In this document: in pieces, positions 13,701 to 27,581 of the stretch
Numbering within the stretch: the first letter of the stretch is position 1
Layout: each line of letters starts with the position of its first letter
Assembly: GCA_000165425.1 (NCBI GenBank)
Contig: CT867991.1
Coordinates: 62,001-126,000 of the forward strand
DNA length: 64,000 bases
Direction of reading: 5' to 3'
DNA from: Paramecium tetraurelia
Taxonomy: Eukaryota
Notes under the pieces: generated by a model
What the model saw: only the letters and a program-made list of their open reading frames with translations
Database searches by the model: none
Told to the model about the DNA's origin: nothing
Translations under genes and position numbers: made by a program

Positions 13701-14063
13701 TTTTATATTAAAGTATTAAAACGAATTTTATCAAATAAAATACAAAATTATGTATCTATATTCCGTATATTTTCTTTGTTTTCCATTCATAACCCCCAAA
13801 ATACATGGTAATTTTGATTCTTTTGAAATGTATTTTTTCATTCCTGATTTTGGAGACTGAAAATAATTTTTTGGTAAATTATAAAAAAATGAAAATGCAT
13901 ATATAAAAAATTTTATAAAAATTTTAACAATTGTATTATTTATGTTCGACAAAATATTAAAATTAAAATTTTAATGAACTCAATTATGACGTTATGATGT
14001 TGAATTTTAAAGAAAATGCAGAATATTGTTTGTTTAATAAATAAATTTTAAATTGGAAATAAG

Positions 14064-14264
14064 ATGTCTGCAAGACTATTAACAGCTGCCTTTAGAGGAA
14101 TTAACATTCAAACTTATCCTGCTTCAATTTATACTTTGTCTACATAGAATGAATAATAATAACTGGTGAAAGTTATAGTTCCAAAAAATCTCTTTGAGAT
14201 GCCAGTCGTTCACTACGCTGAGTAGTCCATAGCTATACTTGATAAGAAACCAACTCCTAAATGA
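14064..14264 (+). CDS. 66-aa microprotein with a mitochondrial-presequence-like N-terminus
   Basis: MSARLLTAAFRGINIQTYPASIYTLSTQNEQQQLVKVIVPKNLFEMPVVHYAEQSIAILDKKPTPK*, flanked by AT-rich non-coding DNA. Confidence 0.6.
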
Positions 14265-14877
14265 ATTATTATATATATTATATAATATACTAACCCTTAA
14301 GAATTTCTAGTTTCCTTAAAAAGAAATCTCACTTTTTCATTAAAATGAAAACAAATACTATGATCAGATTCAAGAAATCATAATAAAAGCCTCCCGTCAG
14401 GTTTTATTACTGAGAGTATCAAGTTGGTAATTTAGGAATCAGAAATTCAAATCGATATGCAAATTCTAAAAAGTATCCAAATGTACTTCAATGATAAGCA
14501 ACTTGAATGCATTACACATACGCAAACAATGAATTGCATGAAGGAATGAACTAAAATGGTGGAAATTCACATTTTGGAGGATGAGACTAAATTACAAAAG
14601 TCATACACGAGAAAGATGTCAGTATAATTAAAATTAAAAAGTTTTCAGTTAAAACAATAATCGACTACGACATCATTATCAGGTAGAAACAAAGAATTAA
14701 GAAAGATTGGAATTTTGATTGTCCTTATAGTTATATTTGAATCTTTATCTGAATTCCAAAATATACATCTTATTTGGATTGAAATTGCAGTATTTCAATT
14801 GAATTTATAAAGTGTCAATTATTCTAAAAATGTATTAGATATTTTCTGACTACCTTCAGTTTATATAATATTAAGAA

Positions 14878-17800
14878 ATGAATTAATAGAAAAAGACTAT
14901 TTTTACATAAAAAAAAGCTGTCTACGTTTTGGAGGAATAATTAGGATAAGGGACCGGAGGCTATGTTTATAGGGCGTATAAAGTTTACAATAATTAAAAA
15001 TAATATGTCGCGTTAAAAGTTTAGTCTAATTTAAATTATACAGAATAATAAACTTTAGAAATACTCACAAGATAAAATTTGAACCATGTTGTTAACATCT
15101 TGGACTTAGATTCATATAATAATGAGATAATTATTACAATGGATTTAGCTGATGGGTCATTTCAAAAATTTTGGTCATTATCAAAAATAAATAATGCTGA
15201 AGAAATACTACGATATTTCATTTAGGTATTCATTAAATATTATGCTTTAAGATTGCTAAAGGAACACTAGAATTACATCAATTATATTTGATTCATAGGG
15301 ATTTAAAATTGGAAAATGTAGTTTATTAGGAAATAAATAATGTGAAACATTTAAAGTTGTGCGATACTGGACTCATCAGACAACAGAATGGGATGAAAAC
15401 AATGATGGTAGGGACACCATACTATATGCCACCTGAATAAATCAATAAATAGATATATGATGAAAAAACTGATATCTGGGCCCTGGGAATGATACTCTAT
15501 GAAATGTTGTCAGGAAGAACAATGGTGAGAGGTATTTAATAGTATAAAATTATAAAGGAAATAGTGTTTAAGAAATATTGAACAATATTTTAAATTTGAG
15601 TTAGGCCTCTATTAACTTTCAAATTGATTAATTAAAAATTAATAAGCAATAAGGGGTTAATGATATCAAGGGCCTCTTAAGATAGATGATAGTTAAAGAT
15701 AGCAAATAGAGAGTTGATTCCTAATTTGTCGTGACAGAACTAGAGAGAATCTTAAATATTTAGTCTTTGTAAGTTTAGAATGGCTAGAACATTATGCAAA
15801 TAGTGAGGCCTGAAATAAGGGAATAAATTAGGTTAGAAATATAAAAAGAATTTGAAATAAAATTTTAATAGGAATAAGATAAATTAGCAGAATAACAAAA
15901 ATTAGATATGGAACAGTTTAAAAATGAAATTATGGAGTATTATCAAAAATAAATAATTGAGTAGACAATTAGAGTTCAAAAAGAAACTGAAGAGAATCTA
16001 AAAGCTTAATAATAAAAAGAACTATAAATATTGTAAGAAGAATACGATAAAAAGATTGCTAATTGCAATTAGCAGTAAATAGAAGAGTTAAAATATCAAT
16101 ATTAAGAGGAAAAGTAGAATATTATAACATAGATGGAAAAAAACTATTAAATTAGATTCTAATAAGAGGCAAAAAATAAAGAAATTGAGCTTTAAAAGGA
16201 AATGGAAATTCAGATATAAACTTAATTGTAAAATCGACAACAGATTAGTAAACTGTTACTTTAAGAACAATTAAAGTAACACTATTAAGAAGAGTTTGAA
16301 TAGAAATCCAGAAATTTAGCCTAATATTAACAGCAACTGACGAGTATTTAATAGAATTTAAATAGAAATAAAATCAATATCGAAATGTAATAAAAGGATT
16401 TGATTAAACACTCAACACCTAATTAGTCCTAAAAATTTTTAAAATCTATATCGGAATATAAGCAACAATTATAATAAATGCTTAATTAACTAGAATCAAT
16501 TAATAAGCAGCTTTCTGAATTAGAAATTACTTCTGACGTTTTATCTTAAAACTAGTACTGTAATTTGATTGAAGAAAATCTTTAAAAATTAGAATAAATT
16601 AAAAATCTTTATTAAGATTTGATTGTACCTAATTTGGTTGAAAGTTTTATACAAAATTGGAATTAACTATTCGATGATATTAGAAGAGAATAAAAATAAT
16701 AAAAGATTAAAAATGAAGAATCACTTTTAAAGCTCTAATAAGAGGATTCTGAAAAATTGACAAAAAAATTACAAGATCTCTTTTTGGAATTAAAGGAAAA
16801 ATTAAAGAATGTTAATGAAATGATAGGAGCTTTAAATTAAAAAAATAGTGAATTTTTGTAATAGTATGAAACCTTGAATTAATAGCATAGCTCACTTTAT
16901 ATAGAATTCTAAATTCTTTAAAACTCAATAAAGTTAGCAAAGGAAGATTAAAAATTGGATATAATTGAAAAATAAAATAAATAAATGGTTCATTTATTAG
17001 ATAAGCTTAAGAAAATTTAATTTGATTTAGAATCATTTATTTCCATTGTCTAATAATATAAAGCCAAAGAGCAACAAATGATTCAAGATCAATTATAGAA
17101 TTTTATTGTGATAATAGATGATTGGGAATACAAAAGAGATCAAATTAATTATTAATAGTAATCATCAAACCTCTTAATAGAGTTAAAAACATAATTGGAA
17201 GAGAGAAATAAAGAATTAGAAATATTGAAGGAAATAAAAAATAGGATAATCTAATTGATAAATGAATTAAAATAGAATAAAAATTAGAATTTTTACAAGC
17301 AGTTCTCTGAAATTGAAAAAGAATTTCAAATTTCAACTATGAAATTAAATTTAATTGAAAATTATTATAAAAAAGAGTAAAGGCGATCATACTTAAAGCC
17401 TAAAGTATAATAATATGCTTAAGAGGAATAGAAGAATATTAATTCTAATTTAAGATAACTTTTTGATTCTGTTTCAAAGAGAAGGAATGATTTATAAAAT
17501 TAATTATAAAAGTTATAGAATAGGTGCAATGACAATATTTAATAATAGCATATCTTCAAATAATTGGAACTGATTAGATATATTTGTGAAAACCAGAAAT
17601 AGATAATTTAAGAAATTGAAATGTGTATCAATAAATTTTAGATATCAAATTTTTAGTCAATTGATGAAATTAATCTAGAAAATAGTAAAATAACTTACTA
17701 AATTAAAATGTTCTCTTAGAATCTTGATCCTTTATTTGAAAGTTTGAATGAAATTAAAAAATAAATGACATAGCCAGAGGATAAATATTGGGATAATGAT

Positions 17801-18878
17801 TTTTAAACTTTAAAAAATTCATTTTAAGAAATTAGAAATTAATTGGAAGATGTTAAATTAAATTAAAAAGAAGAAGAAATTTACAACAAATTAAATGAAT
17901 CTAAGTAGCAAGTCAAGCAGAATATAAAAAAATGTTTAGAAACATATAAGAATGCTATTTGAATAAAATGAAATATAAAGCTAATTGTTTTCATAAGTAC
18001 TTAAAGACAATAAGTAAAACGAAAAATGTTTAAAGGAAAAATTTTTAAAAAAATCCCAAACCTACATAGCATGGGCTAAAGAATAATAGAGTAGAATATA
18101 AGAAATTGAAAATTAAATTAAACAATAGGAATAGTAAAATACAGATGAATTTGTAGGTAAATTCATCAAAGATTATAAAGAGATAGCATCTTTGTTAGAG
18201 AAATTAAATATTAAAATTAGTGAATTGGAGCTATAAAAAAATAGAGATCAATTTAATAAATATAATGAATTAGCCTAGTAATATCAATAAAAAATAAATG
18301 ATTTAAAATTTGAAAAACAATAGAATTAATCTTCTTTTTAAGCTCTTTACTTTTATATTTAACAAAACTAAATTATCAACTGTGCTGATGCTCTTTTTGA
18401 ACTTTATTGCTTAAATAGAAGATTTTAAAATCATTTATAAGACTAAAAGAATTATATTTAAAAAAAAATTGAAAATAAAGAATAACAAGTGGAAAAAAAT
18501 GTACTTGAATTATCAAATACTTAAAACAATCTTGAAAAAATATAAGTTTGCTTTAATATACTAAAGATGAAAGAAAATGAATTCAGTAAGGTGGACATAT
18601 TTATTAAATCTATAAAAAATGACCTACTGAGCTTGAAAGAACAGTTCGATGAACTTGATTTTGAATAGTAACTGAAAAAATTACACGAAAAAATTAGAGA
18701 TCTAATTTAGGATTAACAAAAAAATATCTAGATAAAGAATAGTGTCAAATTAAAAAGTAAATTAAGAAATAAAAATTCTGTTAAAGAAATTCAATAAAGC
18801 ATATTAGATTACATTCCTAATTCAAAAGAAATGACTAATAGTCTAAGTAAAATGATGTAAGAATAAAGAAAATATTGA
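14878..18878 (+). CDS. Ser/Thr kinase with ~1000-aa coiled-coil tail; 1-nt frameshift at ~17930
   Basis: LGQGTGGYVY, VALK, HRDLKLEN, KLCDTG, VGTPYYMPPE, DIWALG. Two introns. The Q/E/K-rich tail resumes in a shifted frame after an A7 run. Confidence 0.85.
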
Positions 18879-19048
18879 TGTGATTGTTTGATTTGAAAAA
18901 TTTAGTTTATTTAAATTATTTTATGCTTCTTACAGAATTGATAATAACGAGTAGTATTCTCCTTTGTAATAGCAGGTTTCTCACATAATAATTCAGCTAT
19001 TTAATTTACTAATTTTGGATACCATCTATAAACTGCATACATTTTGAG

Positions 19049-20885
19049 TCATCCTTAGTTCTAATAACTAATTAAATCATATTAAGGTTGAATTTTTTAC
19101 TTAATTGGAAGATGATAATTTTCCTGAACATTTATTTAAGATAATCGTTCTTGGTGCTCTTTCGTTAGGAATTTTGAGTATATTTGATATAATATAACTT
19201 TGCTTTCTAATTATGTGGATCTTTTCTTGGCAGCAGAGTCAGATTGTGTTAGTTTAAATATCTAAGATTTCAATAAATCTAAGTAACACATTTATAAAAT
19301 AATTCATGGTTTTCTAGTTCTTATATTCTTCACAGCTAAATTGAGTGCTACTTTACAGATTTGAGAATCTAGTGTATTAGTTAATTTCATAGATTTTCCT
19401 AATGATTTAGCAGTGGCTGATTTTTGATGGTGAATTTGTTAAGATATAGATTATCCATTCAGCAGTTTTTATGAAATAGTTGCCTATTAAGAATTCATAT
19501 CTTATCTAGCTGATTAAGCTGGCTAATATAAATTAATTTTATGTTCACTGGTTATATTTATGCTTAAAGGTTTATCATTAGAGTTAGATTTAAAATTAAG
19601 TTTGCGAGGAGGATCACGATTCGATAAGGGTTCTTAGATCTTGACTCTTCTGAATTAATTAAGTTCTTTAATATTCAATTTTTTCTTTGTAAATTGTCCA
19701 TTGGTATTATTGGCGGATTCAAACCTCTATGTAAGGCTTCTAGGATCTTAGGCCAAAGATAAACTATCAAAATGGACGGTGCTATATTATTTGGAATTTC
19801 TGGAGTGCTTTTTGGCAAGTAGAGTTTTTAGATCAGACATCACTTTGATTTCTAGTTGTTAAACCTTTTTTGGTAGATAGGGACTCTATTGGGGTGCTCT
19901 TGGAGTAACACATTTCGGGGATTTCAAAAGGGTTGCAATTCTTTATTAATTTGGTAGTAGAGTGCTATTAGTCGGTGATTTAATATCTATGTTTCTCGGT
20001 GTCTAAATGATAATATAAAACCAATATCTATACTATATGCAATTAGTCTGATTTGATGGATGGATTATTCTTTTTAACTGCTGTCTATGGAACTTTTTTC
20101 TTGAGCATATTAAGAATATTGGTAATACTGGATTTGCGTTATTATTTATCTGGGTTATTTGGTTTCTGAAACTAAATTGCTTACTATTTAATTTGGGGTT
20201 TGTAATTTTCATATTTGAAGTTTGGAATTGTTTATTATAATATTTGGTATTGTTAGAGTTACTATTTGAAATTGACAAATTATGGCTTGGTCTCAATGAA
20301 ACTTATGCCTTCAAGGATCTTGTCGCATTTAGATATCGGCTAGATTGAGGTGCTGTTATACTTCATCAGAGGAACTCGCTTCCTAAGCCGTCAATTATTG
20401 GCTGGAATAAGGCAATGGCGAGTCGCCCACTATGCCCTTTGGAGGTTTATCAGGATTGTTCTTATTCTCATTTGAAATGAGTTTGGCAATTCTATAGTAC
20501 TCTAATCTTCTCTTCTTATCATGGTAATAATTAAGGGGAATAATGGCTGGCATCATAAACAAGCGTGGAATATCATTGTGAAACTATAAGTAGAATTGAT
20601 TGGTACTTTGTAATACTCACCCAACATTTGCAGTTTTTCATATAAAATAGAGATGTGAAACACTTTACAAAGCAGTTCTTCTGGTGTATCGTAAAGCAAT
20701 ACGTCTTTATAAAGAATATTATTAGATGTGCGAAAGTTGTGCAATATTTCACTAATACCTTTAGTGTAATGATAATTTTAGGATTAAGAGTATTTCAAGA
20801 ACAATGAATGACGCATAATATCTATTAATAACATATTAAATCTACCTATGATTGGAGTAGTCTCTTCACAAAAATCACATTTCAT
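19049..20885 (-). CDS. Hypothetical protein with a structured N-terminal domain and low-complexity tail (3' end approximate)
   Basis: MKCDFCEETTPII|..YYK|FHNDIPRLFMMPAIIPLNYYHDKKRRLEYYRI, then an S/P/Q-rich tail. Confidence 0.7.
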
Positions 20886-20919
20886 TTGAATTTATGATAA
20901 TTAAAATATATATATATAA

Positions 20920-21528
20920 TCACTAAGACTTCTGAGTCATTTTCTGAATTACTTTATCGTCTTTGCCATCAATGATAAAGTCTTTCTTGGGATTGTACCT
21001 ACACTTCTTGAGAATGTTCTCAACTTCAGGTTCACTTGGTGTTCTTAAGATTGAACCGTCGTATCTGTAAATAATAGATTTCACAGGTTCATAATAACCT
21101 TCACCAACATCTGAAACTCAATCTCAAAAACTCATACCGTATGTGCCTTCAGGAATTTCAATAAGAATATCATCCTTAGTCATTTGAGTGATTCCTGCTG
21201 GTTTTATACTCTGTTTGATTTCCTGATGAAATCGTCTGTCATCTCCAATACAATATTTCCAATCCATTGGTTCATATTTCAGATGGTCTTCAAAAAAATA
21301 GGTACCATCAAGCATCTTCCCTCTCTCCCATTTAGCTTTGTATTATCCCTACAGGAATATAATTTTATCTACCCCATTTGGAAATATGAGAGTTCCATCT
21401 CCATGAAATTCGCCCTTAAAAAAATCACCCTCGTAGATGACCCCATTACTAAAATAATATTTGCCCTTTCCATGAAACCAACCTTCTAGCTGCTCACCCT
21501 CATATTTGCTCTCTGCCCACTTTGACAT
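20920..21528 (-). CDS. MORN5: MORN repeat-containing protein 5
   Basis: YEGEQLEGWFHGKG..YEGDFFKGEFHGDGTLIFPNG..WKYCIGDDRRFHQEI..IKPAG..IPEGTYDVGEGYYEP matches the MORN5 pattern. Confidence 0.88.
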
Positions 21529-21743
21529 AATAAATTATTAAAATAAGTTATATGTTATACAAAAATCCCTGTTTTTCTAAATAATTGAATTCAAATTTTA
21601 ATACAATGTTAATTGGATCAAATTAAATTGCATTTTCTCACCTAATTTGGTACCAAATTATCCAAGACTACCAGGATTAAGTTTGTTCAAAACATTTTAA
21701 TTTTGGTTAAGAATTAAATAAAAATATTATACCCAATTAATTT

Positions 21744-22781
21744 ATGTTTCCAAGTAAATTGTATGATTTATAATTGACACCCTCATTGAACAAACTAAAT
21801 TGCGATTTGGAGAGTGCCAAATTAATGGAATCATTCAGAAAACTCCTACTTGAGGATGACAAAGAAATTTTGACTCCAGCCTTGGTAATTTTAACATTGA
21901 TGAGCCTAGGACTTAATGAAAGCCATATCACATGCACTTTATGGCACCATCGTGTATTGGAAATCCTTAAGTGATAAATGCAAGGATGATGACCTTAACA
22001 CTTTAAGTTAGCAATTTCAAAGGAAAATTGTGATTTATGATATGTGCGAGGATAAAGATCTGAGGTGTTAAATCATCAACTTTGGTTATAAAAAACGCAT
22101 TTATCTCGCTCGGTATCTCAATTACTTTTATGTGGTTGGCAAGAAAGGCAGCGAGGAAAAGCATAAATTGATCAAAGACATACTGTTGGATGTAATTAAT
22201 GACATTATAGGTTTACCTATAAGAAGACACAAGCGATCATATTCAGATCCTTTCAAATACCTTTCTGATTAAAAAGACAATCGAATCAATAAGCTTAATG
22301 TCAAGAATGTACCTCTCTCTCCATCCAATATATCCAGAACAAGCTTACAGATGCAACTCTTAGATGAAATCAATCAAGACGGAGATCTGCTCATGTAGGA
22401 ATGCAATTCAGTCATCAACTCATCCACTACTTAAAATGATCTTCTGCAATCTTTGAATCTGAATTTATAAGAAGGCACAAATATTCTCTCAAATGTAAGT
22501 CTATGAGATGCAAATATTAGATTAGATATTTTGGTACTCTTAAGTTTTATGACGAAGCCAGATCATATGGATTCATTATTATGGATTAAGACGGAAGTGA
22601 TTTATTCGTTCATTGTGATGATCTAACTAAAGCAGGAATGACAAAGGATTTCTTAAGAACTGCAAAACAAGGTAATATCATTAGATTCTCATTTTTGATA
22701 CTGGAATATTTTGGTAAATACAATAAGAGTAGAAAAGCGGTTGACTTGTAATTTATCCAGGGTTAACCCTATTTCATGTGA
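21744..22781 (+). CDS. Cold-shock-domain protein with a degenerate OTU-like N-terminal region
   Basis: C-terminal RYFGTLKFYDEARSYGFII..DLFVHCDDL (RNP1/RNP2 of CSD). Two introns. Confidence 0.8.
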
Positions 22782-22868
22782 TATAATATTTATATATATA
22801 TATCTACTAACATATCGTTTATTTGTTGATTATATTTCGAGGGATTTATAATAATTTCGAATAGAATA

Positions 22869-23454
22869 ATGAAATCAAAATCAGATTACTTATATAAAGA
22901 AAAAATTACTATAATTATTCAGTTATCATAATTTTGCAGAATCAGCCATCTCTGGATATGAAGTGATAATGAAACTGATTTTCTCTTACCATTCGAAAAA
23001 AATTTAAGCATAATCATGAGCCATTATTTATTTATATTATGATATCCGAATACAAAAAAGGATATCCTTAAAATCCAAATTCGATTAATGATATGATCAA
23101 CAATGATGTGCTGGACTCAAGTCTTGACAATCTAAAGATGGATCCTTACTGTTGTGTTGATGATAATTTCGATGAGATTGGAGAGTAAGAAATTGGCATA
23201 ATAATTGATTCTAATTTACAGGTTGAAAATCCTCTAAATTTTGCAAAATTAAAATACGATAATCCGAACAAAATAAGCAATATGAAATCAATTCGTCAAC
23301 GGCTTAAGCCACTTAATAGGAGCAGTAAGAAAAACAGTAAAATTTGCGAAATGAAGATTATTGGAAAATCAAAAACACCTAGTAGGGTGAGGATAGAGTA
23401 CTTCAAAAGAAATAGGAAAAGAATAGAGAAAACTTTGATTGAATGCAAGATTTG
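22869..23454 (+). pseudogene. Broken or short hypothetical ORF
   Basis: Coding-like sequence with TGA in all frames in the 5' half; an open frame runs from ~23093 to TGA ~23454. Confidence 0.3.
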
Positions 23455-23659
23455 ATTTTTTTAATTTATATGAATTACTAATTATTATAATTTATAGTTA
23501 AATTTGTCATTTAATATTTATGATTAAACTCAATGCATCAGTTTAATTATTGAAGCGATTTGTTCAAATTAGGATTGCTTCTAAAGGTTCTAACCACAAT
23601 TGGGTTGCTTTCAATATTAAATCAGCATTTTTGGAATTAATTTTTAATATATTATTATT

Positions 23660-25233
23660 ATGAATTATATTGATTAAGGTTCGGCTCTGTCTAGGAATGT
23701 TCCAAATAGAAAATTATCAAAAAAGAATTCCTTATTTTATTAGGTATGATCATGGCATTTTACAAAATTAGTAATCAGTATTGGAGAATGAAGAGTTTCT
23801 GTTAAAGTACTAGAAGAATGTCGATTAATTGCAGACAGTAATTGAAGAGCCTGAATTGAAGGAAGTAATACAGAGTAGGAATGAGAAATTTTTTTAAGTT
23901 TTGGAATAAATCATAAAGGTTGAATCATCAATAAAGGACTTTGCAAAAGGGTAAAGCAATAGGTTTATATAGATATCAAAAGTTCGGATTTGTAGTATCA
24001 GATAATGGAATCACATATAGAGAATGGGCTCCAAATGCTAAAGAGTTGAAATTGAATGAGTACAGTTGTACCACTGACAACGGTGGTAATTGGGAAGTTT
24101 TTATACCAAAAGATGACGATGACAATCACTAAATAGTGCATGGAAGTCCATTAATAACATATTGCAATGATTTATAAAGAGTATCAGTTTGGAGTTAGGT
24201 TAAAAAAGGAGAATAAGCAATATTTTGGAATCCTGAAAACAAATATGAATTCCAATAATAATAGTTATAATAAAAATAACAAAGTAAAGGATTGAAAATA
24301 AATAAACAGAGAATTAATCAACTAGAGAACATTCCTGGATATAATGCAATATTAATTACCGAACAAGTCTTAATGGCTCTAGACATAAATTAGACTAATC
24401 CTGATGATTTGAAAAAGACCATTGATAATCTTCATCAATAAGGACTCTCAGTTCTGATGGAAATAGATCATCAACTGATTGGATAGCTATTAAAAAATTG
24501 GGATGGTGGTGAATTCCAGTATGTTCGTGAGGGTACAGATTAATTGGATTACAGCAAATGGGAAGTATTGAGATTACTACTCTCGAATATTTCCTTCTGG
24601 ATCACAGAGTATTAGATAGATGGGTTCAAGTTTTCAAATATAGATCTTACTGACGATATTGATATTGCTGTTTATTTGATGTTGGCAAATGATTTAATTC
24701 ATGACATATTGCCAAATGGAATTAGTGTCATTAATAGTTTTGAATACCCAGCCTTATGCAGAACTATCAAGGAAGGTGGATTAGGGTTTGATTTCAAAGT
24801 TTCCTAATCTCAAACAAAATAATATTTGCCAAAAACACTTTACGAAATTCCATTGGATGCATCACATTTATAACAACTTAATGGCTTAGTCTTAGGATAG
24901 GTAATTCTTAGTATAAATAATCTTAGGGAGTGATCACAAATGGAAAAGATAATAACTTATTGTTACTGGAATCTTAGCTTGGGTGGTTGGAGACTGAGTT
25001 TGCCGAAGTTAATGTTATTGACTTTGTGATTGAAGTTAAGAGATCAAAATATATATTTTTGTTTAATCCCACTGATTAAGTAAGAGCTAATTTCCATATT
25101 ATAGAATAGAACAATTAAGTTGAGTTACACGATAAATAAAGTCATAAATCATGTAGGATACAAGTGGACATAAATTGATGACAATAATACCGAAATATAA
25201 ATTCAATCAGAATAGGGATTGATCATTGAGTGA
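23660..25233 (+). CDS. Truncated, catalytically dead 1,4-alpha-glucan branching enzyme (GH13_8) homolog
   Basis: [62 protein letters not shown]. Four introns; ~490 aa. Confidence 0.85.
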
Positions 25234-25385
25234 TAACCTTTAACTATCTGAATTAATAGAATGTGTAAAACAAATATCAATTATTTATTAATATTATATT
25301 TTATCATCAAATCTATGTTGTAATAGAATTAATATTAAAAACTATCTTCCTTATCTTTAATAAAATATATAAATATAATAATGCT

Positions 25386-27312
25386 TCAATATTGTAAGGC
25401 TTCTTAAACATAGAACTTGACATCCCTATCTGGATCATCTAACATCTCATTTAAAGATCTATTCTAAATTCATATTTACTATTTTATTTAAATCAACACA
25501 TCTTAATTCTCAATCTTCTTCATTAAAGACTTAGCAACTTTCAAACATACAAATCTTATATTTGGAATCGGATCCTTTAAGTATTTCTATACAATTGGCC
25601 ATAATCTTTATTCAACCTGATGACTCTCAACAGCAAATGAAATTTGTTGAATTGCATAAAGAGCATTTATTCGGAAAAAACACCCATTATCTTTTTCTAG
25701 AATTTCCACACATTTTTAAAGAAAACTACCCAAAGCCCATTCCTATTTATATACTGCAATCAATTCCGATAAGTAGCTTAATCCAATAGATCTGACTTCA
25801 GCAGCTCTATCTCTCAGAAACAATAAAAATGCTTATTCCAATTACTAAGTGAAAGTATCTAATTGCTTAACGGACCTATTTATAATTTTAAATAAGATCT
25901 ATACAAGGCTAATTAAATAATAGTTTTAATTGTCTCCTTCCTTACTCTCCATTTAGGATCAATCATAGATTTCTTTAGATGAGGTATAAATTAATTTAGC
26001 TCTTCAAATCCAATTGCAATAACAAAAATTCCAGCAGATTTAATTGCATTTCTTCTAACCTCAGTATTTTCATCGCTCATTAATTCAAATAAGCATTTTT
26101 GTAATTTATTCTAACAATATTCTTTTGGTAATAAATTAGCTATCTATCCAATTACCTCGCAAACATTTTCTATATTTACACAAATCTAATACATTTCACT
26201 TAACAAAACGAATCTTCAGATAAAATTTATAAATTTGGAACTATTAAATTTAACTTTTCTGGAGATATGAATTTTATAAATCTCAGCAAACTTTTCACTG
26301 CCACAAGTCTAACATCGCATTGAGTATCCTTTAATAAATTTGAAAAGATCGGAATTAGTTAAAAATCAGTAATGTCCTTGCCGACTGCTATGGCTAACTT
26401 AAATAATATATTATAAACTACATCTGTAAAAATTTAAGCCAAAGCCATTCGAACCTTCCAAGATTTATCTTCAGCTTATAAAATAATTAAAGGGAGTATA
26501 TATGCTTTGATTTCATTGAAATTTAACATTTGTGAAATACTCATTAAACTTTGAGCACATAATAATCTAACAGAGTCTTATTCATCATAACAAAGATCTT
26601 TAACTGCTGGAAGTAGGTCTCCAACAACATGAGATTTTTCCATTGACTGTGCGATTTCTCCTATTTTACTAGCAACTGCTCTTCTAACCATTATAGCGTC
26701 TTCCTTACATAATTCAGCGAATTGTCTAGTTATTTCAAAACTAGCCTTACAATCTCATATTTTCTTGTTAAGTTCCTGCTCTTGCATATATTGGAGACAT
26801 TATATTGATAGCAGATATTCTACATGTGAAAATTGTATCATTTTATGCTAATCTTAACCACTATGAATTTTATAAAAGAAATTAATTATACCATTGGGAC
26901 AATTACATTTACAATCTCAAGATCACTCAAAAATTGACAGACAAATGATATAGATTTAACTGCTTGTTCCCTTACAACTGTTTCATCAAAGCTTGCTAAT
27001 TTTTCCAATAGATTGAGCAAACAAGAAGACTAATTAGGAATTATTTCCCTAGTTTTAATTTTGAATTCTACGCTATATTGCCCAGTTCTTCAGCCATGGC
27101 GAATAACACTTCGTCATCATCTTTCTTCAACAGGGCTTATCGTTAATTAATTATAATTAGTTACAATCTAAGTAAGGTAGCAATTAAGATTTAATTTGAT
27201 CTACTCCAATTAATGTGCAAATAATTCGAACTCTATGCATGGCATTCACTCTTAAATATACTTCTTCGTTTTCCATATCTTCTTTAAATACTTCAATAGG
27301 ATTTTCGCTCAT
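25386..27312 (-). CDS. PPP2R1A: PP2A scaffold subunit A (HEAT repeats)
   Basis: MSENPIEVFKEDMENEEVYLRVNAM..DDDEVLFAMAEELG..DETVVREQAV..DKSWKVR..DPDRDVKFY. Several tiny introns. Confidence 0.9.
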
Positions 27313-27581
27313 ATTTTAATTAGAATATTTATATAACCAAGAAATATTTCTCTCGAATAACAATGATTTTATTTATGCTTATAATAACAACTAGTATTAT
27401 AAAATTACAAACAGATAACTATTTTAAATGGTTTATCAACGCTCAAATAATAATACGCATTATTAGAATAATTAATATTATCAAAAGAAATTTGGAAATT
27501 CTGTGTATAATTATTATAAAATTATGTATATTTTCTAATCTAAAATTAGGTATTCAAATAAATTATTATAAAATAAGATTT

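Noticed and set aside
27363..27581. N-terminal part of the 197-aa track ORF
   Set aside because: Very AT-rich divergent promoter region; the plausible start is ATG 27582.
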